Positions 27,637 to 39,000 of a stretch of DNA of 64,000 nt are shown one piece after another. A program made the translations under genes and the position numbers. The stretch comes from a virus. Lineage: Duplodnaviria > Caudoviricetes. Under the pieces are notes generated by a model that was given only the letters and a program-made list of their open reading frames with translations, searched no databases and was not told where the DNA came from. The stretch covers positions 1 to 64,000 of the IMG/VR virus record IMGVR_UViG_3300025706_000022. The stretch is one strand, 5' to 3'. Numbering within the stretch: the stretch's first letter is position 1; each line of letters opens with the position of its first letter.

Positions 27637-30600
27637 CTTAATAATCCTATAACTTGTAACGAAAGTCTACCTTGAACAACAGAGCCATCACTAGTATAAA
27701 CATAAGCTCTGAACACATGACCACCAGCTGATACATTAGCAACAACCCCAGCATTAGCCATAGCAGTTACCCAGCCACCCTGTGATGAGAAGCTAAATTC
27801 ACTAAAGGGTTGATCATCCAATGTAATTCTTATAAACACATTACGGCTACTTCCTGAATTAGGGTCATAGCAACCATAGATTACAGTAGCATGCACATTT
27901 TGAAAACCATTAGCAGAACTAAGCCAGATATCATTACCATTATGTGGAGTGACGATATTTCCAACTACACTCATACCAGCAGTAGTAATAGCATTACCAG
28001 CAACTCTTAATGTATCCACCTGAGCAACACCAATCTTAGCATTAGAAATAGTGCCATTAGCAATCATGGCTTCTTTCATATAAACACCAGCCGGTACATT
28101 CATACCATTGATAACTGTAGGGCTTGCTTGCACAATAAATGGCCATGCATCAAACCCAGGAGCACCAACTGCAAACCTATCAGCTTTCACTAAGAACTGC
28201 GAAGATGGATTGGTTGTACCAGTAACTGCTAATCCATATCCAGCTACATAACCACCATCAGTACTAATCTTAACTGTATACTGCCCCTCTAGCTGAGTCA
28301 CATCCGTTTCAATACCAGGAATCTTATTGATAGGAGTAGACACATCATCAGCCAGAGTGCTCATGTTGATTTCGTCTTCTAATGCCGTAATAAGCTTACT
28401 GACATCTACACCGGTGGTAGTAATAAATGGGCCAACCTTAACAGATTCAATACCATTTCTCGCTACAAAAGATGCCCACACATACCAGTTAGTAGCCGGT
28501 TCAGAACCAATAACGTGGTAAGGACCACCACTTTGCTCTACAAGCTTAGCAGCACTTACAACAGGTGCTGGAGCCCCATACAGTCTTTCTGCAGCATAAA
28601 TCCGAGTAGCGCCATGTCCACCATTAACTGTATAAGTAGCAGGGTCATGCTCAACTGAATACCATGTAATGCCCGCAAAAAGCTTAACATTAGTAGGCGG
28701 TGGAGTAATATCACCACCAGCACTAGTCTTAAAATTATTACCTGTATAAATAATATTAGCAGTACGTGTAAAGGTCTGTCCATCTAACTCAGCAGTAAAG
28801 TTGATAGAAGCATTAGGCTGACCAAGAGCTGTTATCTGATAATTACCAGCAGTAGTAGTACTTGTGGAGTCATCAACAGAAGCAGTTGCACCTATCTGAC
28901 TCGTTACTGAGTACGCTGCCTTATCATTATAGATCGTAGCTCCTTTTGATAGCCTAAAGTTACCATTAGCTGCAGTTAAATCTGGTAGCCCTTGTGCGTT
29001 ATCACCTACGTATATTAACGACTTCGTTAGCGTTGCCATAAGTGGTAAGTAAGCATCTAATGGGACTAAGCTAACTAATGGCCATCTACTACCTGTTCTC
29101 ACATTATACTCAGGTGCTGATTGTTTGCCATCACCTGATATAGCAACAACAGTAGCAGTCATTGGCTTAGCTACCATCGCAGGAATCTTAAAGCTTGTGC
29201 CTGCAACAACACCAATTTCCCACCAATCAGTTTCACCAGGAATTACAGCAAACAGTAATGTATAAGAAACCCTAATCGAATACTTTTCAACTCTTGTATC
29301 AAGAGCAGCATTCCAGGTTAGAGTACCACCTGTAGCAACACCTATCTCTGTACTAGGAATAAATTGAAGATTTGTAGCTTGAGCTAAGTCACCACTATAA
29401 ACGTTTCTCTGTTCAATTACTTCATCATCTTTAGCATTCCATGCAAGGTTTCTACAGTCAAATTTAGTAACTTCGAAAGAAATATCACCAAGCTCAGTAG
29501 CCTTAACACTAGATACCCTATACATCTCTCCAGGGATACCCAAAATAATACTTCTTATTTTGATTATATCACCAGGCTCAATGTAGATAAACCTTCTACT
29601 GGCACTAAATATTAAACTAGCGTTATACCGTGAAGATCTAACCATTTCCTCTGCAGTAGCCATAGCATGTGCATAGGAAGTATCACCTGCTTGAAAGGAT
29701 TCTCCTTCTAAGAGAACACCCTGATCTTCATTGAGGTAGATACCATAAACAGGATTGTTAGGGTCATTCTTAGGTGGCCAACTAGCAGAATCTTCTTTGA
29801 ATGCTTTTGCTTCATTGAAGAATTTAATTGTTTGATAATTAAGCTTGTCATTTAGCGAAGTCCAGGCCTGAGAAATATCAGCTGACAATATGATGTCATC
29901 ATCAGTGATATACGCAACAGAAAGCCTCTGATGTGGTCCCTTAATCCAACCATAATTCAAGTTACCACCATTATCTAATGGCGGCATCTGATTATTGTCG
30001 ATAGTAGTCATATACAGATCTACATCGGCAGCAGCTCCTGGCGGATATTGGACTACATCACCATAATTATAGAAAGCAGGTGTACCTTGAGTGATAACAC
30101 CACCATCAATAGGGCCTAAGCTTGTACTATCAAATACAGCCTTATACTCTTGTGGGTACGGGATAGATAGTCTATATCGGCCATCAGCCCAGATAAACTC
30201 AGCTGCACCCATACAATTAAGAAGCTTTTCAACGTTATCACGAACAGACTCTTTAGTATCAATTAGGATATTAGCTTCATATAAGTGTACAGTACGCTTA
30301 AGACCAGCCTTCTCACGCATTACCCAGTATTCACCCTCCATTGGAGGATAGAATGTACCATTAACCTGTACAAGACGATCACAGCATCTATGCGCCCAAT
30401 AGAAACTAACGAGGTCTATTTCATCTAGTCCAAGACCTTTACCATAAATCGGGTGCATTAAATAATCTAGCAAGCATAATGCAGGGCTATTTGAGTATAT
30501 CTTACCGCCAAGTTGTGCTGTATTAGTTGCACGGTCAAAAAGAATATCACTTACCAACAAGCCATCAATAGTAAAGGCTAGGGCTGGTACTCCAGTAAAT

Positions 30601-31739
30601 TGAGGCTCATCTCGATTAAGCCAAGCAACAGCAGCAATATGCGCAGTACCTGGATACCTAGAGCTTACCTCATCTGGTATATTACCATTGATCATTGCAT
30701 CGCCGCTACCACCAATCTTATGGCAGTGGATTCGAGTATCTAAGATCGGAGTATTATAAGTCTTATCATCAATAGTAATGTGAACTATGTCATTAATATT
30801 TTCATAGCATAACACTTGTCTAAAGAATAAAGCTTCATTTCTATCACCCCATCTGTTGAAAGACATGGTTGGAGCGAAGCCGTTAGTGATATCACCATCC
30901 CAATCAAAGAATGATGTTTTCTCATCAGGAAACTCTCCACGACCACTAGGGGCAATACCGTTACCATATCCTGCTGAGTCAGTTCCAGCAAGGTCTGGAC
31001 CATCTAACACTAGAGTGTCGGTGAATGGGTCAAAGCTAACGACCTTATAACTAAAGTAACCTAATACAGTAGATGCAACATTATCAGTAAGCATAAACGC
31101 ATAATGCTTAATTGTTATTGCCGCACCTTGAACAAGCAGTGATGGCGCTGGAAAGTTGTTGGTCTTTACAGTGTATCGAGTACCAGTTCCAGCGTACTGA
31201 ATACGAGTATTAGCCGCTAGTGCATGAATAACTGAATCTGCTGCAGCATAAATTTGGCCTACATAATCAGCAGAAGCCTGCGGCATACCATTAGTGGATG
31301 GGTCAAACACATATGGAGTTGGGTCTACTGAAACCAGATCTGCAATTGTCTTTGAACCGCCACTGGTAGGATAATACCCGCTAGCGTTTAGCTCCATTGC
31401 AACTGCTGAGTTAGCTAATTGATTAGGGTCTCTAGTGTCACCACATGCAGTAAATACTTGAACACCTGTTTCAGGTGCTACATAGGTATACCCATTTTGT
31501 GCATGATGGTATGTTCTTAATCCACCAATCTTATTTCTACCATAAGCAACGGGAATGTTTAATATTTCCCCTTCAATGGGGATTTGAAAACCTTTTTGAG
31601 CATCAGCCTCAGCCTCTGCCTTCTTAGCTGCTTCTTTTGCTTTCTTCTTTTGCTTTTGAGCTTGAACTTGGCTATATGCAGCCGAAGCAACCGTCATAGC
31701 AATAGAGATCATTGAACCAACTGATAATCCGAAAGTCAT
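27633..31739 (-). CDS. Central tail tip / host-specificity protein (lambda J-like)
   Basis: IPVAYG...GG; YSNSPALCLLDYL.HP.YG.GL; FN3-like region; C-terminal AGYGL...SQF...ADRFAV and I.NAKI. Start ATG 31739. Confidence 0.88.
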   Translation of the reverse strand: MTFGLSVGSMISIAMTVASAAYSQVQAQKQKKKAKEAAKKAEAEADAQKGFQIPIEGEILNIPVAYGRNKIGGLRTYHHAQNGYTYVAPETGVQVFTACGDTRDPNQLANSAVAMELNASGYYPTSGGSKTIADLVSVDPTPYVFDPSTNGMPQASADYVGQIYAAADSVIHALAANTRIQYAGTGTRYTVKTNNFPAPSLLVQGAAITIKHYAFMLTDNVASTVLGYFSYKVVSFDPFTDTLVLDGPDLAGTDSAGYGNGIAPSGRGEFPDEKTSFFDWDGDITNGFAPTMSFNRWGDRNEALFFRQVLCYENINDIVHITIDDKTYNTPILDTRIHCHKIGGSGDAMINGNIPDEVSSRYPGTAHIAAVAWLNRDEPQFTGVPALAFTIDGLLVSDILFDRATNTAQLGGKIYSNSPALCLLDYLMHPIYGKGLGLDEIDLVSFYWAHRCCDRLVQVNGTFYPPMEGEYWVMREKAGLKRTVHLYEANILIDTKESVRDNVEKLLNCMGAAEFIWADGRYRLSIPYPQEYKAVFDSTSLGPIDGGVITQGTPAFYNYGDVVQYPPGAAADVDLYMTTIDNNQMPPLDNGGNLNYGWIKGPHQRLSVAYITDDDIILSADISQAWTSLNDKLNYQTIKFFNEAKAFKEDSASWPPKNDPNNPVYGIYLNEDQGVLLEGESFQAGDTSYAHAMATAEEMVRSSRYNASLIFSASRRFIYIEPGDIIKIRSIILGIPGEMYRVSSVKATELGDISFEVTKFDCRNLAWNAKDDEVIEQRNVYSGDLAQATNLQFIPSTEIGVATGGTLTWNAALDTRVEKYSIRVSYTLLFAVIPGETDWWEIGVVAGTSFKIPAMVAKPMTATVVAISGDGKQSAPEYNVRTGSRWPLVSLVPLDAYLPLMATLTKSLIYVGDNAQGLPDLTAANGNFRLSKGATIYNDKAAYSVTSQIGATASVDDSTSTTTAGNYQITALGQPNASINFTAELDGQTFTRTANIIYTGNNFKTSAGGDITPPPTNVKLFAGITWYSVEHDPATYTVNGGHGATRIYAAERLYGAPAPVVSAAKLVEQSGGPYHVIGSEPATNWYVWASFVARNGIESVKVGPFITTTGVDVSKLITALEDEINMSTLADDVSTPINKIPGIETDVTQLEGQYTVKISTDGGYVAGYGLAVTGTTNPSSQFLVKADRFAVGAPGFDAWPFIVQASPTVINGMNVPAGVYMKEAMIANGTISNAKIGVAQVDTLRVAGNAITTAGMSVVGNIVTPHNGNDIWLSSANGFQNVHATVIYGCYDPNSGSSRNVFIRITLDDQPFSEFSFSSQGGWVTAMANAGVVANVSAGGHVFRAYVYTSDGSVVQGRLSLQVIGLLR

Positions 31740-31747
31740 GTTTTCTC

Positions 31748-32377
31748 CTAAGTGCCTGGTGGCTTCTTGCCCCACAGCAGTATTTGATCTGCTGAGCCAA
31801 CATAGATTTGGTTATATGAGGTATCACCGGGATAATTCTGAGCCATCCAATCCTTTGATGTTACGAGTGTTCTCCTTAACCCTAGTGGGCCCATTGGAGA
31901 AGCTCCCTCAAAGTTTAAGATTATTTCAGAGTCTGTAGATATAGTATACATTTGAGTATCAAGTATACCTGAGTAAAGCATAAATGCATTTTCAACCTGG
32001 GTAAATGGTGCACCAGGAGGGATACCATCAACAGTTTCATCGAATGTATTTATAAAACCGGACCAAGCCTTGATCTTAACACCAGATACACCATTCTCAA
32101 TCATGAAACGGTAGTCCATAGTTGGGTCGTTTATGGATACCTTGTAAGCTTCCCTATCTACGGGCGAGGATATCTTGGGTAAGTCTATTGTTGCAATACG
32201 TGCATCGCTATGGTATAACTCACCGTTAAAGGTAAAGTCATAAGGAAGCGTACATGATAGAATCTTTTCACCACCTATAAAGGGCCCTATATTGATTAGC
32301 AAAAATGCTGATACATGCTCTTGCGCAATCAGACGAGTTAGTGTTTCGCTCATTACCTTCATATTATAATGCCTCAA
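31748..32377 (-). CDS. Tail tip hub-associated protein
   Basis: Position between distal tail and tip genes; GF......G.LD...; D.SY.QI....W. Confidence 0.6.
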   Translation of the reverse strand: MRHYNMKVMSETLTRLIAQEHVSAFLLINIGPFIGGEKILSCTLPYDFTFNGELYHSDARIATIDLPKISSPVDREAYKVSINDPTMDYRFMIENGVSGVKIKAWSGFINTFDETVDGIPPGAPFTQVENAFMLYSGILDTQMYTISTDSEIILNFEGASPMGPLGLRRTLVTSKDWMAQNYPGDTSYNQIYVGSADQILLWGKKPPGT

Positions 32378-32984
32378 TAAGCGTTATAGTCCCTGGGTCT
32401 AACAAGACACCATCCGTATAGACCATACCAACAAGCGAGGTATTATCAAACATAACCCTCATTGTAGCCTTAGCACCGATCATAATCTCAGAGTTAACTG
32501 GAGTAGCCTTCCGTAATGGAGGAGCAATCTCTGCTACAGACCCAGACACTGATAGTATAACGTATAGTTTATAATCACCAGTTACCTTAGGGTCACCAAT
32601 ATTGACTAGTTCACCAGGCACTAGAACGCCACCTGAAAAGCTAATCGACTTTGCATTAGCACCAGCCTCTACTGATAGTTTAGGGCTGCCACTACTCCCA
32701 TCGCTACTAAATCTAAAGGCTTGAGGAGGTCTTACATAAAATCGTTTAGTATAACCAAACATCAATGAGTTAATCAAATGTTGCGGAGACTCATTGGTTG
32801 GCATTACATTTGCGTCTATTTCCCATCGTTGCGCGATATGGTCTGAAGTAATACGCTTCAAGTTCAGACTATCAGATGCAGCAACTGGTTGGTTAGACCG
32901 TAATGTCATTGGGGCTACAAAAAGACTAGATAGTTCTGAGTCTAGCCCTGTATTTGTAGAACCATTTAGTATTCCTGCCAGCAT
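32364..32984 (-). CDS. Distal tail protein-like
   Basis: First gene after the tape measure; QRWEI...G....YVR; I.P.LR. Confidence 0.6.
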   Translation of the reverse strand: MLAGILNGSTNTGLDSELSSLFVAPMTLRSNQPVAASDSLNLKRITSDHIAQRWEIDANVMPTNESPQHLINSLMFGYTKRFYVRPPQAFRFSSDGSSGSPKLSVEAGANAKSISFSGGVLVPGELVNIGDPKVTGDYKLYVILSVSGSVAEIAPPLRKATPVNSEIMIGAKATMRVMFDNTSLVGMVYTDGVLLDPGTITLIEAL

Positions 32985-33000
32985 ATCTATATTCCTATAT

Positions 33001-33032
33001 AGTAGGAGAGAAGGGGCCGAAGCCCCTTCTTA
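33001..33032 (-). terminator. cUUCGg hairpin followed by CCTACT, after the tape measure gene
   Basis: Minus strand AGAAGGGGC-TTCG-GCCCCTTCTCTCCTACT. Confidence 0.7.
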
Positions 33033-36000
33033 TCACCTAGATCCGTTTTCGTATGCAATCTGTCTCGTACCAGAAGTAATTTGAGGCATCATTCTGATAA
33101 TCTCTGCACGTGTTTGTCTACTAATGTCACCAGTAATAGCAATATTAACAGTAGAAGAGTTAGGTGTAGGCTCATTCTTTTTCTGATTCATAAGTTCTTG
33201 ACCCATATTAATCACACCGCCATTAGCATAACCTGGTACAATTGCTTGACCAAAGTTAATTGCGTCTAACAGCCCTCTATTAAGGGCAGTAGATTTAGCA
33301 TTAACAATATATTCACCATTAGAGACACGAGCAAGAATAGAATCTGAGCGACCAGTACCAGGGCCGTTTATTTTACCAGTATTACCACCACCAGCAAAAG
33401 CCCTAATTGCACCACCACCAGCAAATGCTTGCACATATCCACCATCGGCAAAGAAGGATTTAATCACATTAAACAACATCTTAGCGCCTTCAATCACACC
33501 GTCTATTAACCCACCCATATCAAAAGATTCAAATACCTTCATTATACTACCGCCAAAATCTTGTGCACCCGATATAATACCATCAAAACCAGTTTTAAAC
33601 GATGCACTAACGGTTTCAAAGAAGCCTTCTACATTAAGGTCATCCATTCCAGCAGTCTGTTCTGCTAACATCTTAGATTGCTCACTACCAGGAGTAGTGC
33701 CTAGGCCTGTTAGCGCTTCCATAAAACCACCCTTACCACCGCATATTGCTTCAGCTTGCTTAACAACGCATTCACCACCAGTACCAGCTGCTCCAGCTCC
33801 AGTAAGTCTCTCAGCCATACTTAACCCAGGCTTAGACTGACCAAAAGCCTCAGTAGCAACTCCACCTACTTTAGATTGACCAGATGTTTGGCCAACTTCA
33901 GATAATGGTCTGCTGATATCAGTAACAGGCTTTTCTTCCTTAGTAGAAGTGAACAAGGAACCAATACCAGTACGTGCTTTCTCACCCATTTTAATAAAGG
34001 CAGCATCACCTTTTCCTGCAAAATCATCCAGCATTGTATAGAAACCTTTAAGCAGATTGTCCATAAAGCTAGTAGTCATTTGTTGCAAGAATTGGGTAGA
34101 CAAGGTTTCCCACATCTTTTGTGCTACTTCCTTAAATGAGCTCTTGCCCTGCATAGCGCTTACTAAGCCCTCATTAAATTCTTTCTTAAAGTTTTCTGTA
34201 AATGTTTTACCAAAAGCAGTAGGTTGAAGGGTCTTTGCTCCCTCTTCTTCTGCGTTTTTAGGCAAAGCATCTTTGATATTACCCTTAAGCTTACCTATAT
34301 TCTTACTAATCCTATTCTTAGCAAAGTCAGAAGCAACAGCTAGCTTATCAGTCTCTTGTTCCATCAAAGATAATGAGGTTGTAATCATATCTAAGACTTC
34401 AGGAGTATCTAACAGCCCTTTAAAATCTTCTTCTGTAAGAGTAGGAAGATTAGCACTAGCAAGAGCACTATTAAGTTCTTCAAAAGAAGCAACTAATGAT
34501 ACTGCATTCTCTATCTTATCCTTAATCGTAGCTATAGGAGTACTAGTACCAGCAGGTGTAAACTGATTACCACCACCAGAATAGTTGTTAAACTTCTCAG
34601 CAGCAGAATCCTTAACCGCAGCAGCCTTCTTAACGGCCCTAGTACCAACACCCTTAACTGTATCTACAAGGCTATTAGCACCTTCTTCAAGTTTCTTTTG
34701 TATAACAGCTGTACCATTAACTACATTTACTGCAGCCTCTTGCATAAACTGCTTAATAGTGTCCCACTTACGTTGAGACTGAGTAGGGTCAGTATTACCA
34801 GGCAAGCTAGTCCATACATTTTTAAGCTTATCAATAGCGATTTCAAAACGACCAGCTAATACATCATCTAATGCACCAGCTCGTTTAATAAGAGCAGTAG
34901 CAACTTCAGTCTGAGACTGGGCACTAAAGTCAGAGACACCCAACTTAGGTGCTATATCATTGTAAGTGGTACCAGTGATTTGAAATGCACCGGCTGCAGT
35001 AGATTTACGACCTTGTTTGTCAATAAAACCAACTTTATTGGGGTGCTTTGACTCATCATCAAAGTAACCACCCGAGCCAACAATACGATTAAAGGCAGAA
35101 CCACTAGTAGCATCACTATTACTATGTTCGGACTTCATTAGTGTTTCTAAGAAGGTGAGTAATCTCTCTTGTTGAGTAAGGCTAGAGACCATCCCATCTA
35201 CACCGTCAGATATCTTAATGCTTGTTTCTTTTACCGCATCTGTAACCTGAGTGCCTACATCTCCAGATGTACCAGCTACAGCACCCTTCTTAGGCATTTC
35301 AGCAGCAGCAGCACTTGGCACAAAGATATCAAGGACATAGCTAGTAGCACCCTTAATACCATCACCCATTTTCTTAAATATACCAGTAAACCAACCGGCA
35401 ATAGACTTAAGCCCAGTCAATATACCATTCCAGATAGCTTGACCCATAGATGTAAAGTTAGCTACAGTAAAGAATTCACTCATAGCTTTCCAGAAACCAT
35501 CAGACCAAGCTTTTATTTGATCCATAAATATGAACAGGCCTTCTGGGAAACCAGCGTTAAATACCTTCTTAACAAAATCAATAGCAGCATTAAACTTACC
35601 GGAGATCCAATCCCAAGCAGCTACAATGCCATCATAAACTAACTTAGAGATTCCTTTTATTGCAGGCCAGATTTCATCCCAATTCTTCCAGATACCATAT
35701 GCAATTGCACCTAAGGCAGCAATTCCTGCTACAAGAGCAGCAACAGGCACACCTAACATAGCAGCACCAGTAGCAAAGATACCTACAAAAGCAACCTTAA
35801 TAGCTAAAAAGATAGGTGCCAGCATTGGCAAAAAGAGAGCGCCTAGGGCGGTCATAATAGCACCGAGAGAGGAAGTTATTACAGACATAAAAGCTCCCCC
35901 AATAGCTGCACCAATAGCAGCAGCACCAACTTGTAAGGCTAGTTTGCTAGTACCACTTACCCCTTCTTTATCAGCTATCCTCTCACCAGCAGCAAAGCCA

Positions 36001-39000
36001 TAAGTGCCACCTACCATACCACCAGCATTGGCTAGCCCACTTGCAATAGACTCTCTAGTCTTTTTAGCAGCTTCAGAAAATGCTTTTGAAGCATCAGTCA
36101 TCTTGGTCTGCAGCCCAGAAACAGAAGCAGTGAGCCTAGCTTGTTCTGTAGCCAACTTATTAGCAGCATCTGCAGCGGCAGTCATAGCTCTTGCAGCGTC
36201 AGCAGCAGACTGAGGCATTACTGAACCAGCCAAAAGACCAGCTTGGGCACGAGCATTAGCATCTCTAGTAGCTGTGGCTAATTGTTGTGCAGCAGGTAAT
36301 TGGGCATTCACACTAGATAGGTTTGCTTCTTGCCGTTTAAGGACAAGAGAGTCTGCTGCTTTAGTGATTCCATAGCCAGTTATAGCAGCGCCACCAGCAG
36401 GGAACGCCTTAGCAATATTAATCGCCGTTTCTAGAATAGCTTTACGCGCGCTATCAAATGCTAAGCTTAGTTTCGCTAAAGTAGTAAGTATGCTCAAAGG
36501 ATCCTTCATGCCGGTTACGCTATCCTTCATACTACCAAATAGGAATCCAGTAATGAAATTTACAGTATTTAATACCCAATCAGTAATTGAGTTTTGCGCT
36601 TTCTTCAATGTACTGTCGTTGATAATATTCACACCCACTACAGCAGCTATGGTTGTGCTTATCTGTGTTAACACAGTAGTTGGTACAAAGTTACCAAATA
36701 ACTTATTAATTAAGAGCACTAAACCAGTTGAAATAGCAGCAAATACTGGTACTTGAGAGCTTTCAGGAAGTGCATTAAGAAAGTCATGACCTATCATACG
36801 CATTGGAGACTTACGCTGAGGACCAGCACCTACATATGCTTCTGTATCAACTCCTACTGCACCGCCTTTATAAGTCATACCAGGAATAATGCCTTCCTTC
36901 TTATTAGCAAATCCCCCAGCCTGTTTAAAGGCAATAACAAATGGTTGGAAGAAAGCCTCAATAGGGGCAAGGAATGCTTTTATCTTAATAATAAGAGGAT
37001 CAAAAAACTTATTCAACGAAGCTATCATCGGATCAATATAGCCCTTTTGTACTTTCTTAAACTTAATTCCAGAAAGAGATTCCTTATCTTTAGTAGAGTC
37101 AAGAGCTTCAATTGGTGTCTTAAATAAACTAACAAAATCTGTTGCAAGTTTGTATACAGCATCGAGAGCAGTTTTGAACGAGTTAACATTAGAGGTTAGA
37201 TCACCAAAGTATGTAAATATAACCTTCATATTTTCAAGGAATGACCCTTTACTGAATACAGCACCTAGGTTTGCTTTAAGATTAGTAAAAATCTTAAGAA
37301 CAGTGAGCGCCATTGTTTTAAACCCATTAAGGGCTAGGTCAATAAACTTGATAACTAAGCCTAATGGCACGCCGAGTAATGCCCCAGCCCAAGTCTGAAT
37401 GCCGTTAATAAGATCAGGCCACCAAGAATGACCAATCACTTGATCATAGAGCCACTTAAAGGCATTATTGATAGAGGTAACAAACCAAGTAACCATCTTG
37501 AATACTGATTCAAAACCTATAATGTGCTTTCTTAAATCGATTTCAGCAAATGAAAATGCACTTGTTGCTTGCTGATCAAGAGAACTCTTTTCAGAAGCTC
37601 GCCTATCTGAATCCCCTCTAACCGTAGTATTATACTTGCCAATAGTTTTAACATACCTGTTTTGAATTTCATTTTGTTCTTGTCTAGATTTATCCAGTAT
37701 ACTGCCAAGCTTAGCAAACTCATCACGTCGTGCCAGTAACTGGCCGGATGACATAATCTCACCCATCGCAGAGACAGCATCTTGCTGAATCTTTTCTTGA
37801 TCTTTATAACTTTCCAACTGCATACTTTGGACGTAATACATCTTATTAATTTCTTTTACTAATGCTGACTGAAGTACCTTCAAATCATAGTCAATACTAT
37901 TTATAAGCTCCTTATTCTTATCTGAATCTGGTTGAGATTCAGCATACTTTTTGAGGTCAAGAGCACGCTTTATATAAACTTCTAGTTGATCTGTATTCTG
38001 TGTTTTAACACTAACATTATCCAGCTTGCCTGCCTCTAAATACTGACGGGCATTTTGAGTTAGCATTTTATCAAACATATCAGAATCACCACTACGATCA
38101 AAATATTTCCCTTTGGCGTATCCCTTAAAGTCTTGAGAAGCTACCTCAATATCCTCTTGCTCTTTGTCGTAAGCCTTTTTCTTTTTAAAGTAGGCATCAG
38201 CTTCTTTAGTCATTCTACCAATTTCTTCGAATGAACCTTTAAAAACATTAGATACTTCAGTACCAAATTTCTTAATGCTATTTAGCGGCCCTGATAGTAA
38301 CCCAGAAGAAGTCTTAGCAATGTTTGTAATCATATCAGTCCAGTAGGAATGACCGATGACTACATCATATAGCCACTTAAACATATTAGCAATAGTCTTA
38401 GTGAACTTATCGAAAAATCCAGTTACAGTACTAAATGATGGCAAGAAAGATTCTAGATCAAGCTTGACTGCATCAAAAGTAATAGACGCAAGATCTTCTT
38501 TAATATTAGTAATTAAGATCAAGAATCTAGCTTCTAAGATGTTGAACTTCCAATCAAGCGTTTTAGCAAATTTGCCTAATGAGATCGCCCAACTGTTAAT
38601 GATTCTTGGTAAGTCTAGACCACTAAAGATATTACCTAAGGCAACACCTAGCAGCTTTACTGCATTGTTCATATTAGTAAATGCTTGTGCAAATGTGATA
38701 CCCACATTATCAAATGCACCATTTACTTTTCCAGCCTGTTTAAGAAGAGCATCAAAGACCTTAGTGGCTGTTAGCTCACCGGCCTCACCCATCTCTCTAA
38801 GCCTACCAATAGAAACATCCATACCCTCTGCAATAGCACTAGCAAGCCCACTGGCATTCTCAGAAATAGAACGAAGTTCATCACCTTGGAGGCGACCAGA
38901 AGATAACGCTTGGCCTAACTGCATAATCGCTGATTCTGCTTCTTGTGCAGAAGAGCCAGATATAGCAATAGCTTTGCCAACAGTCTGAGTTACCAATGCA

